Assembly (NCBI GenBank): GCA_038230035.1
Contig: JBBRNX010000009.1
Span: forward strand, 11,882-75,881
Reading direction: 5' to 3'
Length of the DNA: 64,000 bases
From: Gaiellales bacterium
Lineage (GTDB): Bacteria; Actinomycetota; Thermoleophilia; Gaiellales; Gaiellaceae
Shown here piece by piece: positions 1-9,172 of this stretch. The notes under the pieces are model-generated. The model did not search any database. It worked only from the letters and a program-made list of their open reading frames with translations, and was not told the origin of the DNA. The translations under genes were made by a program, and so were the position numbers. The stretch's first letter is position 1. Each line of letters starts with the position of its first letter.

Positions 1-378
1 GCGCCCACCGAACCGCCAGGCGAACAATGTCGCCACAAAGCTCGTGCCTACCCACGTCAACTTCGTCAGCGCGTCGTAGATCCAGGTCACGAGCGTGTCG
101 AGCCCGCTGCTGATCCCCGTCACGACGCGGAAGAACAGGTTCGGGTGCGCCGCATTCGACTGATCCGAGAGCCAGATCTGGAAGCTGTCGAGATGGCCGG
201 TGAGCGAGTTCCACTCGAGCGCGGCCGGCCACGTGTATTTCCCCTTCGCCGCGTAGTAGCCGACGAGCATCCCCACCACGACGAGCGCAGACAGGACGGC
301 GCGGCTCCGCCACCACGGCCGGTGATCGATCACGACGGGCGCGGGTACGGCTCCGACGACTTCGTCGACGGTGGTCAT
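1..378 (-). CDS. ABC permease, ProW/OpuAB-like; only the 5' part lies in the window
   Basis: Hand translation from ATG 378: MTTVDEVVGAVPAPVVIDHRPWWRSRAVLSALVVVGMLVGYY...; hydrophobic, open to the window edge, starts 2 nt after the proV stop. Confidence 0.7.
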   Translation of the reverse strand, partial: MTTVDEVVGAVPAPVVIDHRPWWRSRAVLSALVVVGMLVGYYAAKGKYTWPAALEWNSLTGHLDSFQIWLSDQSNAAHPNLFFRVVTGISSGLDTLVTWIYDALTKLTWVGTSFVATLFAWRFGGR

Positions 379-380
379 GG

Positions 381-1454
381 TCAGTCCTCGCCCGCAATCG
401 CCTGCAGCACCGCGTCGCGATCGACGACGCCTACGATCCGTCCTTCTTCGACCGCGCAGACCGGCCGCTCGTTCGACGCGATCATCGGCACCGCGTTCTT
501 CACGGTGGTACGCACGTCCAACGTTGGGCCGCCTTCCTCTCCGGGGCGGGCAGGACGCATGATCCAGCGCAGCGTCAGCACGTGACTACGGGGAATGTCG
601 CGGACGAAATTCGCGACATACTCGTCGGCGGGCGAGCCGACGAGATCCTCCGGCGTGCCGAGTTGGACGATCGCGCCGTCGCGCATGATCGCGATCCGGT
701 CTCCCAGCCGAAGGGCTTCCGGCAGGTCATGCGTGATGAAGACCATCGTCTTGCCGGTCTCCTCCTGCAGGCGGCACACCTCGTCCTGCATGTCGCGCCG
801 GATCAGCGGGTCGAGTGCGCTGAACGGCTCGTCGTAGAGCATCACCTTCGGGTCGACGACGAACGCGCGCGCCACGCCGACGCGCTGCTGCATGCCGCCC
901 GAGAGTTGATCCGGGAACTGGTTGGCCGAGTCCTCGAGACCGACGAGCTTGAGCACCTCGGTGGCGCGCGCGAGGCGCTCCTCCTTCGCGACGCCTTGGA
1001 CCTCGAGCCCGAAGGCGACGTTGTCGACGACGCGCCTGTGCGCGAGCAGACCGAAGTGCTGGAAGACCATCGACACGGTGTGGCGCCGGAGCTGCCGCAG
1101 GTCGGTCGTGTTGGACGCAGTGACGTCCTGCCCGGCGATCTCGATGCGCCCGGCCGTCGGTTCGATCAGACGGATCAGCGTGCGCACAAGGGTCGACTTG
1201 CCCGAACCGGACAGACCCATGACGACGAACACCTCGCCCGGCCAGACGTCGAACGAGACGTCCCGCACGGCCGACACACAACCGGTCTTCGCGCGCAGCT
1301 CGGCGCGCGGCAGGTCGGCGTCAGGCGTGCCGAGAACACGGTCTGCATTCGGCCCGAAGATCTTCCAAATGCCCTCCGCGTGAATCAGCGGCGGACCGGT
1401 CCGGTCGACCCGGTCAGCGCGATCCAGTACCGCGGGCGCAGTCGCAGCAGTCAC
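381..1454 (-). CDS. proV: Glycine betaine/proline ABC transporter ATP-binding subunit
   Basis: Walker A GLSGSGKST, signature LSGGMQQRV, DEPFSALDPLIRRDMQDE typical of ProV/OpuAA. Confidence 0.9.
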   Translation of the reverse strand: MTAATAPAVLDRADRVDRTGPPLIHAEGIWKIFGPNADRVLGTPDADLPRAELRAKTGCVSAVRDVSFDVWPGEVFVVMGLSGSGKSTLVRTLIRLIEPTAGRIEIAGQDVTASNTTDLRQLRRHTVSMVFQHFGLLAHRRVVDNVAFGLEVQGVAKEERLARATEVLKLVGLEDSANQFPDQLSGGMQQRVGVARAFVVDPKVMLYDEPFSALDPLIRRDMQDEVCRLQEETGKTMVFITHDLPEALRLGDRIAIMRDGAIVQLGTPEDLVGSPADEYVANFVRDIPRSHVLTLRWIMRPARPGEEGGPTLDVRTTVKNAVPMIASNERPVCAVEEGRIVGVVDRDAVLQAIAGED

Positions 1455-1566
1455 GCAGCATTCCCCGGCGGCGGATTCAGCAGCACGAGCGCACGATCAT
1501 AGTCCGGTTCGCGTCGTTCGTCACGCGCGGAGGACACCTGTTTGACGCCCTCGCCGAGGACTCCTA

Positions 1567-1604
1567 GACTCATCATGTGGCCTAACCGTTTCACATGATG
1601 AGTC
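1567..1604. promoter_or_regulatory. 13-bp perfect inverted repeat, probable operator between divergent proV and iclR
   Basis: GACTCATCATGTG-N12-CACATGATGAGTC ends immediately before ATG 1605. Confidence 0.55.
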
Positions 1605-2402
1605 ATGAGTACAACTGATCACACCCAATCCGGCACCCCACCTGGAACGCAGGCGATCGATCGCGCGGCGCAGCTCCTCGTCCATGTGCTCGAGAGCGCG
1701 CTGCCACCTTCTGTTGGCGGATTGGCGATCGCTGCAGGCCTGCCGAAGAGCACGACCTCGCGCCTCGTGCGCGCTCTGGAACGCCAGGGGCTCGTCGAAC
1801 GCGACGGCGCCCGCGGGAGCGTTCTTCCCGGGCCCGTGCTGACCCGCTTCGCGCGCGGGACAGCGCGAGACGCAGATCTCGTTGCCGCCGCCGCCGACAC
1901 GCTCCGCCGCATTTCGGAAGAGTGCGGTGAGACGGTCAACCTCGCCGTTCCCGGCCGCCACGGGGTCGACCATCTCGCACAGCAGGACAGCCGGCACTTC
2001 ATCGGCGGCACGAACTGGGTCGGCCGCGCCGCCCCGCTCCATTGCACGGCGAACGGGAAGGTGCTGCTCGCTTTCGGGGCAGCAGAGCTCACGAACGGAC
2101 CGCTAGAGCGACTCACCCCGCAGACCGTCGTCGACCCCGGAACGCTGGCCGGCGAGCTCGCGACCGTGCGCAAGCGCGGCTACGCGACGACACTCGAGGA
2201 GCTCGAGCCCGGCCTCGTCGCGGTTGCCGCGCCTGTCTTCGACCCGGGAGGCGGCGACGCAATTGCCGCGCTCAGCATCTCCGGGCCTACGATTCGCCTC
2301 ACACCGGCCCGGTTGCACGAGCTCGGAGCGGTGCTGATCGACCACGCGGCCGGGCTCTCGGCACGGCTCGACCACCACGACGCGAAGCGAGGAGCCGCAT
2401 GA
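1605..2402 (+). CDS. IclR-family transcriptional regulator
   Basis: N-terminal QAIDRAAQLL..GLPKSTTSRLVRALERQGLV HTH; C-terminal CTANGKVLLA, RKRGYA, ELEPGLVAVAAPV. Confidence 0.92.
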   Translation: MSTTDHTQSGTPPGTQAIDRAAQLLVHVLESALPPSVGGLAIAAGLPKSTTSRLVRALERQGLVERDGARGSVLPGPVLTRFARGTARDADLVAAAADTLRRISEECGETVNLAVPGRHGVDHLAQQDSRHFIGGTNWVGRAAPLHCTANGKVLLAFGAAELTNGPLERLTPQTVVDPGTLAGELATVRKRGYATTLEELEPGLVAVAAPVFDPGGGDAIAALSISGPTIRLTPARLHELGAVLIDHAAGLSARLDHHDAKRGAA

Positions 2403-3067
2403 CGAACGAGGAGATCCTGCAAGGGCTGTTCGACGACACGCTCGTCGGGAACGCGCCGTCGGTGAAGGCGTTGACCGAGGAGGGCCTCGCGGCCGGTATG
2501 AACCCTGAGACCTTGCTCTACGACGCGTTGATCCCCTCGCTCGAGGAGGTCGGCGCCCGGTTCGAGCGCGGCGACTTCTTCGTCCCCGAGATGCTGATCG
2601 CCGCGCGGGCGATGCAGGGCGCACTCGACATCCTGCGCCCGCTGCTCGCCGAGACGGGCGCCAAGCCGATCGGCACCTTCGTCATGGGCACCGTCAAGGG
2701 CGACGTGCACGACATCGGCAAGAACCTCGTCAACATCATGCTCGAGGGAGCAGGCTTCACGGTCTACGACCTCGGAGTGAACGTGCCGCCGGAGCGCTTC
2801 GTCGAGCAGGTCGAGGAACACAAGCCCGACATCGTCGGCTTCTCGGCCTTCCTGACGACGACGATGCCGATGTTCAAGGCGAACATCAACGCGCTCGAAA
2901 AGGCCGGCCTGCGCGACAAGGTGATCGTGATGGTCGGCGGTGCGCCGGTGACGCAGGAGTACGCGGACGTTGTCGGCGCCGACGGCTATGCAGCGGACGC
3001 GTCGACGGCGGTGCGGCTGGCGAAGGACCTGATCCAGAAGGCGCGCGCGGCGGTCGCCGTCGGCTGA
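2399..3067 (+). CDS. Cobalamin-binding corrinoid protein (MttC/MtgC-like)
   Basis: B12 motif GDVHDIGKNLV..MLEGAGF, SAFLTTTM, VGGAP; 4-nt ATGA overlap with the iclR stop. Confidence 0.92.
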   Translation: MTNEEILQGLFDDTLVGNAPSVKALTEEGLAAGMNPETLLYDALIPSLEEVGARFERGDFFVPEMLIAARAMQGALDILRPLLAETGAKPIGTFVMGTVKGDVHDIGKNLVNIMLEGAGFTVYDLGVNVPPERFVEQVEEHKPDIVGFSAFLTTTMPMFKANINALEKAGLRDKVIVMVGGAPVTQEYADVVGADGYAADASTAVRLAKDLIQKARAAVAVG

Positions 3068-3426
3068 TGGGACTTCTGACCGGCATCGAGCGCATCACGA
3101 AGGGGCCGGTCTTCGGCTGCCACATGTGCGGGCAGTGCGTGCTCCACTCGACCGGCTTGACCTGCCCGATGAACTGCCCGAAGCAGCTCCGCAACGGCCC
3201 GTGCGGCGGCGTGCGCGCCGACGGCGGCTGCGAGGTGAAGCCCGAGATGCGCTGCGTCTGGCTGAAAGGATGGGAGCGCTCGCAGAAGCTGCCGTGGAAA
3301 GAGGAGTTCAACCAGCTCCGTCCCCCGGTCGACAATCGCCTTTGGGATACCTCGTCCTGGAAGAACTACATCACGAAGCGTGACCGTGAGACCCCGGACG
3401 GCTGGACTGGCGCTGGGGAGGCATAG
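3067..3426 (+). CDS. metV: MetV-like Cys-rich subunit (MTHFR C-terminal domain family)
   Basis: GCHMCGQC..TCPMNCPKQLRNGPCGG..GCEV..RCVW Cys pattern; directly upstream of metF. Confidence 0.8.
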   Translation: MGLLTGIERITKGPVFGCHMCGQCVLHSTGLTCPMNCPKQLRNGPCGGVRADGGCEVKPEMRCVWLKGWERSQKLPWKEEFNQLRPPVDNRLWDTSSWKNYITKRDRETPDGWTGAGEA

Positions 3427-4365
3427 GTGTCCCGCCTCGAGGAGCGACTGACCGCAGGTGAGTTCGTCGTCACGGCGGAGATGCCGACGATCGACGGCGG
3501 CGGCCTCGACGCAGTTGCCTTCCAGCTCGAGCCGATGGCGCCGTGCCTCGATGCCGCGAATGCGACCGACAACACGGCTGCACACGCCCACGCGTCGCCG
3601 CTCTCCGTCTCGATCGCGCTCCAGAAGCTGGGGATGGAGCCGATCATGCAGCTCGTCTGCCGCGACCGGAACCGGCTCGGCCTGGAGGCCGAGATCGTCG
3701 GCGCGGCACTGCACGGGATCGAGAACATCTGCTGCCTGACCGGGGACGACGTCTCCGCCGGCGACGAGCCCGAGTCGCGGCGCGTGTTCGACCTGGACAG
3801 CCCGCAGCTCCTCGCGGCGGCACGGGCGATTCGCGACGGCCGGTACCTCTCCGGGCGGGCGATCGAACCGGCTCCGCATCTCTTTCTCGGCGCGGTCGAG
3901 AACCCCGGTGCGCCACCGTTCGAGTACCGCGTCGAGCGCTCGCTGAAGAAGGCCGACGCCGGCGCGCAGTTCATGCAGCTACAGCTCTGCTTCGAGCGCG
4001 ACCATCTCGAACGGTTCATGACCGAGGCGGTGGCCGCCGGTCTCGCGAAGCGCGTCCACCTGATCCCGTCGATCTGCATCGTCCGTACCGCTTCAGCGCT
4101 CCGCTTCATCGACGACAAGGTGGCCGGCATCAACGTTCCGGCCGATCTCATCGCCCACGTCGAAGCTGCCGACGATCAGCTGGAAGCGTGCTTCGAGATC
4201 GCCTACGACCTCGCCCGGCACGCGCTCGGCCTGCCGGGAGTGGCGGGCCTGCACTTCATCAGCTTCCGCAAGGACGCCGGTATCGCCAAGCTGTGCGCCC
4301 GACTTGGGATTCCGCCACGCAGCGAAAGGGAGACGAGTGGATACCGTTCTGCGATCGCAGTCTAA
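3427..4365 (+). CDS. metF: Methylenetetrahydrofolate reductase
   Basis: EPIMQLVCRDRNR, ICCLTGDD, VFDLDSPQLL, KADAGAQFMQLQ motifs. Confidence 0.88.
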   Translation: MSRLEERLTAGEFVVTAEMPTIDGGGLDAVAFQLEPMAPCLDAANATDNTAAHAHASPLSVSIALQKLGMEPIMQLVCRDRNRLGLEAEIVGAALHGIENICCLTGDDVSAGDEPESRRVFDLDSPQLLAAARAIRDGRYLSGRAIEPAPHLFLGAVENPGAPPFEYRVERSLKKADAGAQFMQLQLCFERDHLERFMTEAVAAGLAKRVHLIPSICIVRTASALRFIDDKVAGINVPADLIAHVEAADDQLEACFEIAYDLARHALGLPGVAGLHFISFRKDAGIAKLCARLGIPPRSERETSGYRSAIAV

Positions 4366-5191
4366 GACCGTCACAATCGGCGCCGGCCAGCCGTTCTGCA
4401 TCATCGGCGAGCGCATCAACCCGACCGGCCGCAAGGCGTTCCAGGCGCAGCTGCAGAAGGGCGTCCTCTCGCAGATCGAGATCGACGTCGCCGAGCAGGT
4501 CGGTGGCGCCGACGTGCTCGACGTCAACGTGGGTGATCCGCTCGCCGACGAGGTCGGGCTGATGGGCCAAGCGATCCCGCTCGTCCAGGGTCTCACCGAT
4601 CTGCCTCTCTGCATCGACTCGTCCGTGATCGAGGCGCTCGAAGCCGGCCTCGCCGCGTACGAGGGCAAGGCGCTCGTCAACTCGGTCACGGGTGAGGATG
4701 AGCGGCTGGAGCTAATCCTGCCGATCGTCGCCCGGCATGGCGCCGCGGTGATCGGCCTGGCGAACGACGACGAGATCCGGATGGAGCCCAAGGATCGCGT
4801 CGCGATCGCGAAGAAGATCGTGTCGGCGGCGGGCGACTTCGGCATCCCGCCGGAGGACATCGTGATCGATCCGCTTGCGATGCCGATCGGCGCGGAGCCG
4901 CGCGCCGTCACGGCGTTCATCGCGACGCTGCATCTGCTGCGCGACGAGCTCGGCGTCAACACGACCTGTGGCGCCTCGAACACCTCGTTCGCGATGCCCG
5001 GTCGGCACGCGCTCGGCGCCACGTTTCTCGCCATCGCTCAGAGCCACGGCCTGACGAGCGCGATCATGGACGCCCGTACACCCCAGTGCGTCGACGCCGT
5101 CCGCGCGAGCGACCTCCTGCTCGGGCGCGACGAGTGGGGCGCGACGTGGATCAGGCGCTACCGCGAGGCGCAGGCGGCCGCATCGTCTTGA
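4337..5191 (+). CDS. Methyltetrahydrofolate:corrinoid methyltransferase (pterin-binding, AcsE/MtgA-like)
   Basis: IIGERINPTGRK, DVLDVNVG, PLCIDSS, LVNSVTGE, IVIDPL, GASNTSF; GTG start behind AAAGGGAG. Confidence 0.88.
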   Translation: MDTVLRSQSKTVTIGAGQPFCIIGERINPTGRKAFQAQLQKGVLSQIEIDVAEQVGGADVLDVNVGDPLADEVGLMGQAIPLVQGLTDLPLCIDSSVIEALEAGLAAYEGKALVNSVTGEDERLELILPIVARHGAAVIGLANDDEIRMEPKDRVAIAKKIVSAAGDFGIPPEDIVIDPLAMPIGAEPRAVTAFIATLHLLRDELGVNTTCGASNTSFAMPGRHALGATFLAIAQSHGLTSAIMDARTPQCVDAVRASDLLLGRDEWGATWIRRYREAQAAASS

Positions 5192-7095
5192 GCAGCGCTG
5201 CCGCACCCGAGGACGAGGCAACCGGGCAGGCGGGGCCGAGTCGCGTCCGGCTCCGCTTCGTCGAGGGAGTGGCCGAGGCGGCGAAGGAAACCGAGACGCG
5301 GGTGCCAGCGGGGACGACGCTCTTCGACGCGGCGAGCTGGAACGCGATCGCCATCGACTCGACCTGCGGCGGCCATGGCACCTGCAAGAAATGCAAGGTG
5401 CGGGTCATCAACGGCGGCGCCGCGATCTCCGAGCTGGATCCGCGTGCGTTCACCCCCGACGAGCTGCGCGACGGCTGGCGGCTCGCGTGCCGCGCGCTCG
5501 CGACGAACGACCTTGTCGTCCACGTACCGCCGCTCCAGACCCGGCCGAAAGCTGCGCTCGCCGGCGTCGGGCGTCACGTCATCCTCCGGCCGGCCGTGCA
5601 GAAGCGACATCTCGTTCTCGACGAGCCGTCGCTCGAGGATCAGGCGGGCGATCTCGAGCGCGTATTCGCGGCGATGGACGACCTCGAACTGCACGCGTCG
5701 CTCGACGTTCTGCGCGAGTTGCCAGGACTGCTGCGTCGCGCGAACTACGACGTGACGGCTGTGATCGTCGACGACGAGCTGATCGCGCTCGAGCCCGGTG
5801 ACACGACTGCCCGCGTGCATGCACTGGCGTTCGACCTCGGCACGACGACGGTGGTGGCGACGCTGCTCGATCTCTCCACCGGCCAGCCGCTTGCCGTACG
5901 CAGCATGTTGAACGCGCAGCACCGCTTCGGCGCCGATGTGATCGCGCGGATCTCCGCGACCATGATGGAGCCGGGCGCGCTCGGCGAGCTGCGGCGCCTT
6001 GCGCACGAGACGCTCGCGGAGCTGACGGCCGAGGTCTGTGCTGAGGCTGGCGTCGCACCGGAAGAGATCTACGAGATCGTGGTCGTCGGAAACGTGACGA
6101 TGATCTCGCTCGCGCTCGGGATCGATCCCGAACCGCTCGGAATGGCGCCGTTCATCGTCGCGACACGCCACCCGATTCCCGCCACCGCCTCAGACTTCGG
6201 TGTCGTCGTTCACCCGCGCGCGCCTGCCGTGACATTCCCCGCGATCGGCGCGTACGTCGGCCCGGACATCCTCGCCGGCATCGTCGCGACCGGCCTTGCA
6301 CGCGATAGGCGCGTGCGGCTGTTCGTCGATGTCGGCACAAACTGCGAGATCGTGCTCGGCTCCTCAGCCGAGGCGGTGGCGACGGCGGCGCCCGCGGGAC
6401 CGGCGTTCGAAGGCGCCACGATTCGCTGCGGCATGCGCGCCGCGGAGGGCGCAATCGAGGGCGTGAAGATCGCGGACGACGGCGTCGAGATCCAGGTGAT
6501 AGGCGACACCGACCCGGTCGGCATCTGCGGCTCTGGACTCGTCGACGTCGTCGCCGAACTGCTGCGCCTCGGCTTGCTCGCACCATCCGGGCTCATGCTC
6601 GGAGTCGAAGACGTCCGTGAGCAGATGCCCAGCTTGGCGGATCGCTTCGTTCGTGTGCCGAATGGAAAGGGCGGCGAGGAGCGTGTGTTCGTCCTGGCCT
6701 GGCGTGGAGACGATCCTGCGCTCGCCGTCTATCTCTCGCAGGTCGACGTCCGCCGGCTGCAAGAGGCGAAGGCGGCGATCGCAACCGGCTGGCGGATGCT
6801 CCTGCAGCGGCTCGGGATCGAAGAATCAGACGTCCAGCAGGTGCTCCTCGGCGGGTCCTTCGGCGCCTATCTCACCCCGGCGAGCGCCGTCCGTATCGGC
6901 CTCGTCCCGAAGCTGTCGGTGACGAGAATCGTCGCCGCCGGAAACGTCGCGGGAGAGGGTGCGAAGATCGCCGCGCTCTCGCTGCCCGAGCGCCACGCCG
7001 CGCTCGCGCTGCTCGACGAGGTCGAGTACGTCGAGGCGTCCGGCAACGCCGAATACAACGATCTCTTCCTCTCAGAATTGACGTTTCCGGCATGA
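5188..7095 (+). CDS. ATP-dependent corrinoid reductive activator (2Fe-2S + ASKHA; RACo/RamA/AcsV-like)
   Basis: [14 protein letters not shown] 2Fe-2S; [39 protein letters not shown]; TTG start overlaps the upstream TGA. Confidence 0.88.
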   Translation: MSSAAAPEDEATGQAGPSRVRLRFVEGVAEAAKETETRVPAGTTLFDAASWNAIAIDSTCGGHGTCKKCKVRVINGGAAISELDPRAFTPDELRDGWRLACRALATNDLVVHVPPLQTRPKAALAGVGRHVILRPAVQKRHLVLDEPSLEDQAGDLERVFAAMDDLELHASLDVLRELPGLLRRANYDVTAVIVDDELIALEPGDTTARVHALAFDLGTTTVVATLLDLSTGQPLAVRSMLNAQHRFGADVIARISATMMEPGALGELRRLAHETLAELTAEVCAEAGVAPEEIYEIVVVGNVTMISLALGIDPEPLGMAPFIVATRHPIPATASDFGVVVHPRAPAVTFPAIGAYVGPDILAGIVATGLARDRRVRLFVDVGTNCEIVLGSSAEAVATAAPAGPAFEGATIRCGMRAAEGAIEGVKIADDGVEIQVIGDTDPVGICGSGLVDVVAELLRLGLLAPSGLMLGVEDVREQMPSLADRFVRVPNGKGGEERVFVLAWRGDDPALAVYLSQVDVRRLQEAKAAIATGWRMLLQRLGIEESDVQQVLLGGSFGAYLTPASAVRIGLVPKLSVTRIVAAGNVAGEGAKIAALSLPERHAALALLDEVEYVEASGNAEYNDLFLSELTFPA

Positions 7096-7700
7096 GCCGG
7101 GTCGCGATCATCGCCTGCGGCGTGCTGACGCTGCACCTCAACGAGATCGCGCGCCGCCGGGGCTGGGAGATCGACGTCCACCCGTTGCCGCCCGAGCTGC
7201 ACAACCGGCCGGAGAGGATCGCCGTCCGCGTGGAACGCGAGATCGATCGGCTCGCCGGGAGGTACGAACGGATAGCCGTCGCGTACGCCGATTGCGGGAC
7301 CTATGGTGCGTTGGACGAGGTTGTCGCGCGCCGCGGCGTCCGGCGACTGTCCGGCGACCACTGCTACGACGTCTTCGGCCGCGACGAGGTGCGCGAGGCG
7401 CTCGCCGAACAGCCCGGCACGTACTTCCTCACGGACTTCCTGGCCCGCAGTTTCGAGCGGACGATTCTGCGCTCGCTCGGGCTTGACCGCCATCCCGAGT
7501 TGCGGGACGCGTACTTCGGCAACTACACCCGCGTCGTCTGGCTCGCGCAGCGGCCGACACCCGTGCTGCGAGCCGCCGCCGAGCGTGCCGCCGCAGCACT
7601 CGGTCTCCCGCTCGAGGTGCGCGAGGTCGGCGATCCCGGCCTGGAACGCCAACTCGAACAACTCGTCAACAGTTCGTCCGCCCTCGAGGAGGTCGCATGA
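7092..7700 (+). CDS. DUF1638-family protein
   Basis: [37 protein letters not shown]; family usually adjacent to corrinoid methyltransferase genes. Confidence 0.8.
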   Translation: MSRVAIIACGVLTLHLNEIARRRGWEIDVHPLPPELHNRPERIAVRVEREIDRLAGRYERIAVAYADCGTYGALDEVVARRGVRRLSGDHCYDVFGRDEVREALAEQPGTYFLTDFLARSFERTILRSLGLDRHPELRDAYFGNYTRVVWLAQRPTPVLRAAAERAAAALGLPLEVREVGDPGLERQLEQLVNSSSALEEVA

Positions 7701-9136
7701 TCGTCAACAAGATGCCGCGGTACGAGATCCTCTCCGAGGACGCGATGGCGGCTCTCGACCGGGGTTGGCGACGCATCGTCAGCGAGCTCGGGATCGAGTT
7801 CATCCTCCCCGAAGCGCTCGAATACTTCCGCGAGGCGGGCCAGACGATCGAGGGCCAGGCGGTGAAGCTCGACCCCGACTTCGTGCTGGAGCAGATCGCG
7901 AAGGCGCCGCGCAAGTTTGACCTCCAGGCGCGCAACCCCGAGCGGAACATCCACGTCGGCGGCCAGCACATGGCGTTTGCGTCGGTGTACGGCTGCCCGT
8001 TCGTGCGTAAGGGCGACGAGCGGCGCGAAGCGACGATGGACGATTTCGAGAACCTCGTCCGGCTGTCGCAGTCGTTCGATCAGCTCGACTCGCCCGGCGG
8101 CACGATCTGCGAGCCGAACGACCGCCCGCTCGACTCGCGCCACCTGGACATGGTCTTCGCGCTGCAGACGCTCTCGGACAAGCCCTACATGGGCTCGGTC
8201 ACCTCCGGCCCGAACGCCGCGGACACGATCCGCATGTCGGAGATCCTGTTCGGTGGCCGGGAGGCGATCGAGAAGACGCCTGCATCGATCTCGCTGATCA
8301 ACGTCAACTCGCCGCTGCGCTACGACGACCGGATGCTCGCCGCGCAACTCGAGTACAACCGCGCGAACCAAGCGGTGGTGATCACGCCGTTCATCCTGAT
8401 GGGAGCGATGTCGCCCGTGTCGATCCCGGCGGCGCTGACCCAGCAGATCGCCGAAGCGCTCGCCGGCATCGCCCTGTCACAACTTGTGCGTCCTGGCTGC
8501 CCGGTCGTGTTCGGCTCGTTCCTCTCGAACACCGACATGCAGTCAGGCTCACCGAGCTTCGGCACGCCAGAGTCCGCGATCGGGCTCCTCTGTACCGGCC
8601 AGATAGCGCGCCATTTCGGACTCCCGTGGCGCAGCGGGGGCGGACTCACAGCCAGCCAGACCGTCGATGCGCAGGCCGCCTACGAGGCGATGATGACGAT
8701 GCTGCCGACGTTCCTCGCCGGCGCGAACTTCGTCATGCATTCGGCCGGCTGGCTCGAGTCGGGGCTCGTGTCGTGCTTCGAGAAGTTCATCGTCGACGTC
8801 GAGATCCTGCGCATGCTGCAGGACGAGTTCAAGCCGCTCGAGGTGACCGACGAGACGATCGCCTTCTCGGCCCACGAGGAGGTCGGCCACGGCGGCCACT
8901 TCCTCGGCGCGACGCATACGCTGGAGCGCTTCCGCGACTGCTTCTACCGGCCGCTGCTCTCGTCGACCGAGAACTTCGAGCGCTGGAACCGCCTCGGGGC
9001 GCGCGACACAACCGTCCGCGCCGGCGAGATCTGGCGCAAGACGCTGGAGGAGTACGAGGAGCCGACGCTCGATTCGGTGATCCGCGAGGAGCTGGCGGAG
9101 TACGTGTCGACGCGGCGGACAGAGCTAGGCGACTAG
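7697..9136 (+). CDS. Trimethylamine methyltransferase (MttB) superfamily, pyrrolysine-free (MtgB-like quaternary amine methyltransferase)
   Basis: [72 protein letters not shown]; no in-frame TAG. Confidence 0.9.
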   Translation: MIVNKMPRYEILSEDAMAALDRGWRRIVSELGIEFILPEALEYFREAGQTIEGQAVKLDPDFVLEQIAKAPRKFDLQARNPERNIHVGGQHMAFASVYGCPFVRKGDERREATMDDFENLVRLSQSFDQLDSPGGTICEPNDRPLDSRHLDMVFALQTLSDKPYMGSVTSGPNAADTIRMSEILFGGREAIEKTPASISLINVNSPLRYDDRMLAAQLEYNRANQAVVITPFILMGAMSPVSIPAALTQQIAEALAGIALSQLVRPGCPVVFGSFLSNTDMQSGSPSFGTPESAIGLLCTGQIARHFGLPWRSGGGLTASQTVDAQAAYEAMMTMLPTFLAGANFVMHSAGWLESGLVSCFEKFIVDVEILRMLQDEFKPLEVTDETIAFSAHEEVGHGGHFLGATHTLERFRDCFYRPLLSSTENFERWNRLGARDTTVRAGEIWRKTLEEYEEPTLDSVIREELAEYVSTRRTELGD

Positions 9137-9172
9137 CTCGACGGCGACCGCGGCGCCGAGTACGGTCCGCGG

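Noticed and set aside
7697-9136. Pyrrolysine-containing trimethylamine methyltransferase
   Set aside because: No in-frame TAG, and no pyl genes or tRNA-Pyl in the window.
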